A stretch of DNA of 42,526 nt, taken from UHGV virus genome UHGV-0239872; one strand, 5' to 3'. A program made the translations under genes and the position numbers. This DNA is from a virus. Position 1 is the stretch's first letter. Each line of letters opens with the position of its first letter. Below are positions 1-6,370 of the stretch, one piece after another. Under the pieces are notes generated by a model. That model saw only the letters and a program-made list of their open reading frames with translations, was not told where the DNA came from and searched no databases.

Positions 1-83
1 CAGGCGGTACAGCAGTACCGCCACGTCTTGCCCATCCGTAATGTCAGGCCCACGGAATACCTTGACCGGATGCAGCGCCATGC

Positions 84-368
84 TTAGACCTCGAAGCTAC
101 CAATCGCCTCGTAGCCCTGAGCAGGCATGTTCTCAGCCGCACCAGCGTTCAAGGTGCCGCCATTCAGCAGGAATGCCAGCTCACCCATGCGGCTGATGTC
201 AGATTCCAGCGACGGCAGCGCAGCCTTCGCGTCTTCGACCGTGTTCAGTTCCGGTACATCGTGGCAGCCAGAGATACACAGCGCCATGTTGCCTTCTTCG
301 AAGCCATCGCCCACGATTGCAACGATATCTTTTTGGGAAGCGGAGTAGTATGCAGTTACTTTAGCCAT
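84..368 (-). CDS. small highly acidic early protein (94 aa; starts at the internal ATG, MAKVTAYY...)
   Basis: ATG at 366-368 with GAGGG SD; ORF-track N-terminal extension has no RBS; preceded by hairpin plus GGCATGATTGCC box; net charge about -10. Confidence 0.6.
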   Translation of the reverse strand: MAKVTAYYSASQKDIVAIVGDGFEEGNMALCISGCHDVPELNTVEDAKAALPSLESDISRMGELAFLLNGGTLNAGAAENMPAQGYEAIGSFEV

Positions 369-405
369 GGTAAAACCCTCAGTTAGTTGTGGCATGATTG
401 CCCTA

Positions 406-429
406 CAGCCCACCGCTATGGATGGGCTG
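406..429 (-). promoter_or_regulatory. 5'UTR hairpin (CAGCCCA-10nt-TGGGCTG) followed by a GGCATGATTGCC box (391-402) upstream of gene 84..368
   Basis: perfect 7-bp stem; one of five perfect or near-perfect hairpins that precede the acidic early genes. Confidence 0.5.
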
Positions 430-436
430 ACAGAAA

Positions 437-667
437 TCACGCAGTCGCTACGACTTCGCCTTGCAGTGCTGCCCGGACAGCCGCAGCGTAGCCCGTAGTA
501 GCCAGCGCTTCTTCGATATCATCGAAGTGTTCTTCGTTGCCCAGTTGAGAACGAGCGTAGCGCTCGCTGGTATACACAACCACCTCCGTGCGCCCGGCGT
601 TGAATTGTGCGAAGGTTACTTCGCCATCGTTCGGGTCGATGAAGCGTACCAGTTCAAACTTAGCCAT
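437..667 (-). CDS. small acidic early protein (76 aa)
   Basis: ATG 665-667 preceded by AGGAG; tightly packed after the upstream gene. Confidence 0.55.
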   Translation of the reverse strand: MAKFELVRFIDPNDGEVTFAQFNAGRTEVVVYTSERYARSQLGNEEHFDDIEEALATTGYAAAVRAALQGEVVATA

Positions 668-695
668 GCTTTGTACTCCTGTTGTTGGTTGTGGG

Positions 696-971
696 TTACT
701 CGAAGTCAGCCGCGTCTACGTTGTCGGCTTCGAAGCTGGTGATGAAGCGCGGCTCCAGTTCGTTCAGCTTCTCGACGGAGAGCTTGCCACCCTGAATGGC
801 AATCAGCATACCGCCGAGGTCTTCCAGCGCCTCGCGCACTTCACCGATTACTTCATCGTGGCTTGCGTCCGGCTTCGGCTGCACGCCCAGCGACGGTGCG
901 TTATCTTTGGTCTCGCCTACGATGAAAGCCAGACCGCCGTTGTTCAGTGCAAACACATTGATAGTGGACAT
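696..971 (-). CDS. small highly acidic early protein (91 aa, MSTINVF...)
   Basis: ATG 969-971; conserved 5'UTR module (hairpin, GGCATGATTGCC box, SD); shares an IVG(D/E) / LNGG motif with the 84..368 product. Confidence 0.6.
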   Translation of the reverse strand: MSTINVFALNNGGLAFIVGETKDNAPSLGVQPKPDASHDEVIGEVREALEDLGGMLIAIQGGKLSVEKLNELEPRFITSFEADNVDAADFE

Positions 972-1036
972 AATAAATCCTCGATAGGTTAAGGCATGAT
1001 TGCCGCATTGCCCCCTCGCAAGGAGGCAACAAGGCA

Positions 1037-1378
1037 TCACGCGTCGAAGTCGATATCGTCTTCCGCGTCGTACTCTTTGAGCACGTTGATAACCACGTCT
1101 TCACCCAGTGTTTCGGTGTCGATGTAGGCGTGGCCGCCCATGAGAGCGAACAGTTCCAGCGGGAAGCCAGACTCGCGGAACTCTGCGAAGCTGGTGTCGT
1201 TATCGAAGTGCGCCACGATAGCGTCAGGAGAATCGCCGTCGCAGTTGCGGCCTGCAATCAGGTAGCGCTCGTCGTCCTGAGTGAAGCCAACCCACTCGCT
1301 GGTGATAGTGTCAGCCGGAACGCCTGCGCCGAAAGCAGAGGCAGCGATGTTGGACAGCAGAACCAGTTTGATAGTCAT
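1037..1378 (-). CDS. small highly acidic early protein (113 aa, MTIKLV..., net charge about -19)
   Basis: ATG 1376-1378, GAGGG SD; perfect 8-bp hairpin and GGCATTATTGCC box upstream. Confidence 0.6.
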   Translation of the reverse strand: MTIKLVLLSNIAASAFGAGVPADTITSEWVGFTQDDERYLIAGRNCDGDSPDAIVAHFDNDTSFAEFRESGFPLELFALMGGHAYIDTETLGEDVVINVLKEYDAEDDIDFDA

Positions 1379-1414
1379 AGTAAAACCCTCGATTGAGTAA
1401 GGCATTATTGCCAC

Positions 1415-1439
1415 GCTGCGCCCTCGTTGAAGGCGCAGC
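1415..1439 (-). promoter_or_regulatory. 5'UTR hairpin (GCTGCGCC-9nt-GGCGCAGC) followed by a GGCATTATTGCC box (1401-1412) upstream of gene 1037..1378
   Basis: perfect 8-bp stem with no U-tract, so not an intrinsic terminator. Confidence 0.5.
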
Positions 1440-1449
1440 AGGACAACGC

Positions 1450-1731
1450 TTACTCGTCGTCAACCTCGGCTTCGAAGGTGCCGATTTCTTCCAGCGTCAG
1501 GCCGCTACCGTGACGCGCTTTCAGCTCGTCTTCGTCCTGCTCAGCGAGCATGATGATGAACTCATGCGGCAGCGGGATACCAGCCAGCGTTTCCAGAATG
1601 CCTGCGTTGTCGGTCGGCTCGCCGTCTTCACGGACGTGGTGCAGGTACTGGCCTTCGTTCAGAGATACAGCGAAGCCATACAGTTCGCCGTCACGTTTGG
1701 TGATGAAAGCAGTTACAGTTTTGATAGACAT
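1450..1731 (-). CDS. small highly acidic early protein (93 aa, MSIKTV..., net charge about -15)
   Basis: ATG 1729-1731 with TAGGAG SD; hairpin and GGCAGAATTGCC box upstream; N-terminus paralog-like to 1037..1378. Confidence 0.6.
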   Translation of the reverse strand: MSIKTVTAFITKRDGELYGFAVSLNEGQYLHHVREDGEPTDNAGILETLAGIPLPHEFIIMLAEQDEDELKARHGSGLTLEEIGTFEAEVDDE

Positions 1732-1769
1732 GGTGAAGCTCCTAAATGGTTGGGGCAGAATTGCCATAA

Positions 1770-1791
1770 AGCCAGCGCCTTGACACTGGCT
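1770..1791 (-). promoter_or_regulatory. 5'UTR hairpin (AGCCAG-10nt-CTGGCT) followed by a GGCAGAATTGCC box (1754-1765) upstream of gene 1450..1731
   Basis: perfect 6-bp stem. Confidence 0.45.
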
Positions 1792-1806
1792 TGAGTCAAT
1801 CCCGGC

Positions 1807-2085
1807 TTACGCCACTTCGAAATCTTCCTGACGACCCCAGCGCACCGTGCCATCGTACGGCGTGCCGTTGTTATCATCCAGCAGCCAGAGGAAGTCGCCG
1901 GATTCGTCCAGCAGTTCACGGCTTTCCTTGAAGTGCGGCAGTTGCTCCGCGCCTTCTTGAATGTTCAGGCGGCCAGTGTCGTCAATCGTAGCAACGATGC
2001 GGCCAGTAGGCTGGGCTTCCATGGTGGTTGCAGGAATGGAACCAGCTTTCGGTTTGATGCGAGTGTCAACAGCTTTAAAAGTCAT
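1807..2085 (-). CDS. small acidic early protein (92 aa)
   Basis: ATG 2083-2085, AAGGGG SD; perfect 7-bp hairpin (2124-2146) upstream. Confidence 0.55.
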   Translation of the reverse strand: MTFKAVDTRIKPKAGSIPATTMEAQPTGRIVATIDDTGRLNIQEGAEQLPHFKESRELLDESGDFLWLLDDNNGTPYDGTVRWGRQEDFEVA

Positions 2086-2123
2086 GCTATACCCCTTGAG
2101 GTTGGTGTGTGTGGTTACAATTC

Positions 2124-2146
2124 AGGCCACTCAGTGAATGGCCTGT
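2124..2146 (-). promoter_or_regulatory. 5'UTR hairpin (CAGGCCA-9nt-TGGCCTG) upstream of gene 1807..2085
   Basis: perfect 7-bp stem. Confidence 0.45.
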
Positions 2147-2152
2147 CAGTAA

Positions 2153-2677
2153 TCACGCAGCTTTCAGCTTGCGCAGGCCGTCCAGCACGTTCTGAGGCAC
2201 GACAACCTTGTTCGCGTCTTCATCACGCCCTTCGTGGCGCAGCTCATTGGCCTTGTTCATTGCCTTCTCAGCTTTGGCAATGAGCTTGTCCAGCGCTTCT
2301 TGCAGGTCGAAGCCTTCGAACGCTGGCTCAGGCTTGCAAGTCCACCACATCGTGGCTTTCGCCTTGTCGATGTTGTCGCGGATATGGTCTGCGCCTTTCC
2401 AGCCGACGAAGCCGGATTTACCATCCTCGCGCTCACCGATTACCAGACCGCCGAACTGCACGAACCAGTCAACCAGTGCTTTCTGGCGAACGCCCTCGCC
2501 CAGCCCATTAACGAAGGACTCAGCACGAGTGTAGTCGCCATGCTTGTGAGCATGAAGGATGATGCCAACGGCTACATTCTGGATGCCGTTACGCAGTGTT
2601 TTGGCCTTGCTGATTGTGTCAGCGATAGCTTTATCCAAAGCGGCCACGTCTTTGAAGCTGGTGTATTTGAATTGCAT
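2153..2677 (-). CDS. hypothetical early protein (174 aa, starts at MQFKYT)
   Basis: ATG 2675-2677 with AAGGGG SD; ORF-track start further upstream lacks an RBS. Confidence 0.5.
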   Translation of the reverse strand: MQFKYTSFKDVAALDKAIADTISKAKTLRNGIQNVAVGIILHAHKHGDYTRAESFVNGLGEGVRQKALVDWFVQFGGLVIGEREDGKSGFVGWKGADHIRDNIDKAKATMWWTCKPEPAFEGFDLQEALDKLIAKAEKAMNKANELRHEGRDEDANKVVVPQNVLDGLRKLKAA

Positions 2678-2824
2678 GATGTTACCCCTTGTCAGGTTGG
2701 TTGATTTCACATAGCGCCCCGCAGGACGCTATAGGCTATCAGCCACGGCGACGGCTCAGGCGTTGGTCAATGACCCAGCAGGCCGCCGCTATAACACACA
2801 GTGCAGTGAACATAGTCATTCCCC

Positions 2825-3214
2825 TTACTCCACTACCCAAAACAGTTCACCGTCATAAGTCCAAGCGGTATGCTGCCCGGCTTCCATCTGCTCGCCTGTT
2901 TTGCTGACCAGCTTGCCAGCAGGCTTGCCCGGATACGGTGAATCCATGAAGATTGCATCATCATCTTTGGTCACTACCATGATGCAGTCCTGTTCAAAGG
3001 CTTTACAGAACAGCTTAACAGCCTGTCTGATTTCGTAGATTCCATCGACAGGAAAGACCATGCTTAACTCATACGCATTGTCGAACTTGCCTGTCAGTGT
3101 GACCGGAATCACTCCGAACATATCCTGCACCGTTCGCAGTGCCTTGCAATGAAGCGCCAGATTAACACACTCAGCGTTTCCCTGACGATATGCGCTTGCA
3201 TAGATACGGTACAT
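2825..3214 (-). CDS. hypothetical early protein (129 aa), first clear early gene downstream of the promoter cluster
   Basis: ATG 3212-3214 with TGGAGAAA SD. Confidence 0.5.
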   Translation of the reverse strand: MYRIYASAYRQGNAECVNLALHCKALRTVQDMFGVIPVTLTGKFDNAYELSMVFPVDGIYEIRQAVKLFCKAFEQDCIMVVTKDDDAIFMDSPYPGKPAGKLVSKTGEQMEAGQHTAWTYDGELFWVVE

Positions 3215-3687
3215 AGTTATTTCTCCAGTTGTTGGCTATTTTCAGGTGGATAGTGAACCCATTGTGACGCGCCGTACAGTCTGCACTCAGTGGCATTGAT
3301 TGGCTTGTCGGATTCACTACCCTGAAAAATCGCCCCGCCCATTTCGCGCTGTGAGTCACCACTCACTCTCAGGAGTCCTTTAGCAGTCCGTCGCGTATCT
3401 TGCTCACCGTTGCCAGCTAACAAGCCGTTTGACTACCCACCTACTACCCTCCGCGCCTTATAAGACGTTCGGTATTGTGCTGATACTGCGCTGCGTCTAT
3501 CGCGCTTCTCCGTTACCTTGCATCAGGCGCTACCCCTACGGCGTTAGCAATGTTGCGATACCGTTGCCTTTCGGCGATGCCTCACCCAGTTCCAACCTGC
3601 GGCGGATACCCAGTGAGCCGTGACACTACGCGGCCAGTTTGCGTTCACTCAGAGCAGGATGCTTTCCATCCTTTCAACTCGGTGCTG

Positions 3688-3716
3688 ATTACAACACAGT
3701 GTATTCAGCTTGTCAA
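3688..3716 (-). promoter_or_regulatory. sigma70-type promoter A (minus strand: TTGACA-N17-TGtTGTAAT, extended -10)
   Basis: rc of 3711-3716 is TTGACA; rc of 3688-3693 is TGTAAT; 17-nt spacer; TG at -15/-14. Confidence 0.6.
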
Positions 3717-3767
3717 CTACTTTTTACTTCTGACTGACTGGCTTGCTGCCCTGTCAATCTGGTGTGC

Positions 3768-3796
3768 ATTACAGCATACTCGTTTCATCCTGTCAA
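3768..3796 (-). promoter_or_regulatory. sigma70-type promoter B (TTGACA-N17-TGcTGTAAT)
   Basis: same module as A; part of the repeated unit ATTACAGCATA...CTGTCAAC on the plus strand. Confidence 0.6.
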
Positions 3797-3905
3797 CCGA
3801 TTTAATCAGCGCCCGTTCAGAGTTAATTAAACCGTACCAGTTAGCCTGCGCGGGTGTTAACGTGTTTATCCATCACTATTCGGCTTGTCTGGCTGACGTG
3901 GAAGC

Positions 3906-3934
3906 ATTACAGCATAGTGAGCTTGCCTTGTCAA
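3906..3934 (-). promoter_or_regulatory. sigma70-type promoter C (TTGACA-N17-TGcTGTAAT)
   Basis: same module; 17-nt spacer. Confidence 0.6.
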
Positions 3935-4006
3935 CACACCAGATTGTTAAAGAGCAGTGCTACCGTTCAATCTTGTCTACTGGGCTAGTGCCTTTCGACG
4001 TGATGA

Positions 4007-4036
4007 ATTACAGCACATAACCAAAACAGTTTGCAA
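4007..4036 (-). promoter_or_regulatory. sigma70-type promoter D (TTGCAA-N18-TGcTGTAAT) with AT-rich UP-like sequence upstream
   Basis: rc of 4031-4036 is TTGCAA; rc of 4007-4012 is TGTAAT; AT-rich 4037-4060. Confidence 0.5.
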
Positions 4037-4164
4037 GTATTATTTTCAAGAAAAGTGATAAGTTACTGTAATCATTAGGATTAAAGTTTGATTAGATAAT
4101 CACAACACTGGATAGAATACCGTTAGATTACCATGAATAAATCCTTATAAATCAATGATTAAAT

Positions 4165-4182
4165 GAAAGTAACTATAGTGAT
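4165..4182 (-). promoter_or_regulatory. candidate phage-RNAP promoter core (minus strand ATCACTATAGTTACTTTC, contains the SP6/T7/K11-type CACTATAG)
   Basis: exact 18-nt repeat of 26325-26342 in opposite orientation; sits in a roughly 180-bp AT-rich island between the terminus-like repeats and the sigma70 promoters, a position analogous to T7 phiOL. Confidence 0.4.
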
Positions 4183-4199
4183 AGATATCGCTAGATAGC

Positions 4200-4660
4200 T
4201 GTCAGCGAGCGCGGCGCAGCCGAAACAAGCGAGCGCGGAACGGCAACGGATGGAATCCGACAGGATGACAGGCGGCAGACAGTGAACGCAGTAGACAGAG
4301 TGTAGGACAGTAACAGCAGGTAGCAGAGCATGACGCGCAGAGCTGGAGGCGCAGACAGTAGACCAGCAGACAGGACAGCACCACGCAGCACCACCGCCAC
4401 CACACAGCACCACGCCGCGCCACGAAAAGAGACAGATACCCGCACGACCACGCGCAGCACGCAGCACAGCACAGCCAGCGCAGAGCGTCCCCATAGGACA
4501 GCACCGCACAGCACAGCCAGCAGGACAGCGCACAGCACGACACACGGCAGACGATGAAACGCGACACGCACGAGCTATACCGCACGCAGGCAATCCTTTC
4601 GACGCGCCGCGCAGCGCACGCGAGCAATTATCGCGCACGTCGCGAGGCTAAACCGCGCAC
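4200..4660. repeat. T-depleted (plus strand almost only A/C/G) CA/GCA-rich low-complexity tract with short imperfect direct repeats; candidate genome-terminus or terminal-repeat-adjacent repeat array
   Basis: T is about 3-8% over about 450 nt; CACAGCACAGCCAGC occurs twice (4465-4479 and 4507-4521); AGGACAGCAC occurs at 4372-4381 and 4496-4505, with a degenerate AGGACAGCGCAC copy at 4522-4533; junk ORFs in all six frames. Confidence 0.5.
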
Positions 4661-4777
4661 ACGCTATGGGGGCACGCGCGGTCATTTGGGTCGAGGGAGG
4701 GGCAAGTATAAACGTGCAATTTTCAAGCCGGGGTATTGCACCCACGGCCTGTTCATTGCCTCAGCTTTTGGATACCC

Positions 4778-5314
4778 CTACAGCGTCGCACAGTAAGCGC
4801 TACAGCGTTTTGCACGAGCAACCAAGGCATCCCTATAGCGAACCACTGTCGGGGCTGTAGAAGCCTTTAGGAACGCAATACGAAGGTCACAGATGGCTGC
4901 TGCTGCGGAGTGAGGTTCCAGACGTTTGGCTGCTGCCACGGTAGCAGGGCCAACAATCCCGTCTTGTGCAACGCCGCATACCCGCTGTAGAGCTTTCGCC
5001 GCACGGGAGACACCGGAGTTGACACCGTAGTCAAACACGGCACATGCAATCGCAGGGTGAAGTTCGTCACCTCGGATGGGGGTGTAGTAATCCCGTCGAT
5101 AGATTGCTTCGGCTTGTGCTTTGGTGAGCTGCTTGATAGGTACACAAATAGTGCCGCCAAGCCCAGTAGGGACACCACAAGCTCTGCCATCCAGTTTGCC
5201 ATCACGAGCGTCACTAATTCCATGATTCGTTTCCCCTCCGGTATCGCCGGGCAGCTTGGTGTAACCACCTTCTGCCAGCCCGGTGAACCGCATACAGATT
5301 TCAAAGTTAGTCAT
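4778..5314 (-). CDS. endolysin: GH108 N-acetylmuramidase-like catalytic domain plus PG_binding_3 domain; no SAR or signal sequence
   Basis: TGLAEGGY...DTGGETNHGIS matches the GH108 EGGY motif; C-terminal ...FDYGVNSG...DGIVGPAT matches PG_binding_3; last gene before the non-coding terminus region. Confidence 0.8.
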   Translation of the reverse strand: MTNFEICMRFTGLAEGGYTKLPGDTGGETNHGISDARDGKLDGRACGVPTGLGGTICVPIKQLTKAQAEAIYRRDYYTPIRGDELHPAIACAVFDYGVNSGVSRAAKALQRVCGVAQDGIVGPATVAAAKRLEPHSAAAAICDLRIAFLKASTAPTVVRYRDALVARAKRCSAYCATL

Positions 5315-5697
5315 TACATCCCCAGTAGTGTAGTGATGAAGGCTTGCAGTGAGCTTAAGTCACCAGCCTTGATTGCTAAGTAGATACCGCTACACAGGGA
5401 TGCAGTTAAGAGACACCATTTGACAGCGTGAGCCGCCGCCGTGAACAACTTACCGATGTGGCTCATAGTCTTTTGAATGTCCTGAATTTGCTCAACCACA
5501 AGGAGCTGCTGTTGAACCGTCTGCCAGCGGAGGTCGTTCTCTGCCAGCTTAGAAATCATTGCAGCATCGCCCTTCTCAAGAGTGGCGATTTGTACCTCGT
5601 GCTTGTCAAGTCGAAGTTCTACGGTCTGCATACGAGCCTCCACCGCACCCATACGCGAGTGGATGTTAGGAGATGGCTCCTTCTTTGCTTCCGTCAT
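5314..5697 (-). CDS. lysis-cassette protein with N-terminal coiled-coil and a single C-terminal TMD (127 aa); candidate holin or antiholin with unusual topology
   Basis: ATG 5695-5697 with AGGA SD; hydrophobic stretch WCLLTASLCSGIYLAI near the C-terminus; overlaps the upstream gene by 32 nt and the endolysin start by 1 nt. Confidence 0.45.
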   Translation of the reverse strand: MTEAKKEPSPNIHSRMGAVEARMQTVELRLDKHEVQIATLEKGDAAMISKLAENDLRWQTVQQQLLVVEQIQDIQKTMSHIGKLFTAAAHAVKWCLLTASLCSGIYLAIKAGDLSSLQAFITTLLGM

Positions 5698-6154
5698 CTT
5701 TCACTTTCCTTTTCCACGGAGATGGTACAAACCACATGACTAAACCAAGGATGCACGTAAGGCCCATGCCGAAAGCCCATAGGAGGCTGCGTGGGTCGCT
5801 CTGAGAGACGATAACCGTGCGAGCCTGTACGTTTCCTTGGGTCATTTGCGACCCCTGCTTAGAAGCGTTTACAGAGCCTCCTGAGACGTCCTTGATGGAT
5901 GTGCCATTCGAACCCTGCTTAGCGGTATCCACTTTCGCGTTGCCTGATACGTCACCGACTTCTGTTTCGTCGGACTGTTTCGCAGTCACACCGATACCTT
6001 GCTTCGTATTCTCTGCACCTACTTGAGCCGTCAGTTCCGGCTTGTTGGGAGATACAGCCGAAGTTACAGCAGACAGTGCGCTAGTTGCGGAGCAGCCCGT
6101 CAGAGTCAGCGACGCTGATAGGACTGCCCCGGCCATTAGCCGAGACAGTTTCAT
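5666..6154 (-). CDS. lipoprotein with lipobox LTGC and a C-terminal TMD (162 aa); candidate unimolecular spanin (T1 gp11-like architecture)
   Basis: signal MKLSRLMAGAVLSASLTLTG|C with Ser at +2; repetitive periplasmic region (AKQG/GDVSG repeats); C-terminal LLWAFGMGLTCILGLVMWFV followed by KRKVKDD. Confidence 0.5.
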   Translation of the reverse strand: MKLSRLMAGAVLSASLTLTGCSATSALSAVTSAVSPNKPELTAQVGAENTKQGIGVTAKQSDETEVGDVSGNAKVDTAKQGSNGTSIKDVSGGSVNASKQGSQMTQGNVQARTVIVSQSDPRSLLWAFGMGLTCILGLVMWFVPSPWKRKVKDDGSKEGAIS

Positions 6155-6164
6155 GAGATACCCC

Positions 6165-6359
6165 TTACGCTGCGGCGTTAGTCAGATTAGTGAGCGCCGT
6201 CTGAACACGGGTCACGAACTCTTGATAATACGCCACCAGCTCAGTGTTGGTGGTATCGAAGAAGTAGTCTTCCGTCCAAACGTTCAGATACTTGGCCGCC
6301 ATATTACAGGCTGCCACGAACTCCGCACGTTCAGTAGCGGTAGAGTCAACAAGTGCCAT
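6165..6359 (-). CDS. hypothetical soluble protein (64 aa) in the lysis region
   Basis: strong AAGGAG SD; no TMD. Confidence 0.5.
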   Translation of the reverse strand: MALVDSTATERAEFVAACNMAAKYLNVWTEDYFFDTTNTELVAYYQEFVTRVQTALTNLTNAAA

Positions 6360-6370
6360 AAAGATTCTCC

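Noticed and set aside
3-22. Perfect 8-bp hairpin GGCGGTAC-agca-GTACCGCC at the window start, as a possible terminator.
   Set aside because: No U-tract follows on the minus strand. It resembles the inter-gene 5'UTR hairpins of the early array and probably belongs to the next early gene boundary that wraps beyond the window edge.
84-440. ORF-track N-terminal extensions such as 84..440, 696..1040, 1037..1414, 1450..1767, 2153..2710 and 29869..30561.
   Set aside because: The extended N-termini lack an RBS, overlap the upstream genes or UTR hairpins, and encode implausible peptide. Internal ATGs with good SDs were used instead.
2729-2734. Additional CTATAG hexamers at 2729-2734 and 4833-4838 as possible extra phage promoters.
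   Set aside because: Their flanks do not match the ATCACTATAGTTAC consensus: 3-4 mismatches in the -8 to -1 region and no conserved downstream TTAC. CTATAG is a palindromic 6-mer expected by chance several times in 42 kb.
3217-3423. 68-aa minus-strand ORF in the leader, and overlapping 3171..3362.
   Set aside because: It starts with TTG, has only a weak SD and overlaps the RBS of gene 2825..3214. I treat it as part of the untranslated leader, though a small leader peptide cannot be excluded.
3429-4020. Plus-strand ORFs 3429..3623 and 3550..4020 (156 aa).
   Set aside because: They lie over the tandem sigma70 promoter cluster and leader, on the strand opposite to all genes. The repeat units explain the open frame.
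4159-4640. Three overlapping minus-strand ORFs of 126-159 aa and plus-strand ORFs at 4330..4557 and 4554..4796.
   Set aside because: They arise from the T-depleted CA/GCA low-complexity tract. The translations are Cys/Arg/Ala- or Thr/Arg/His-rich junk in every frame with no RBS. I interpret the tract as non-coding terminus-proximal repeats.
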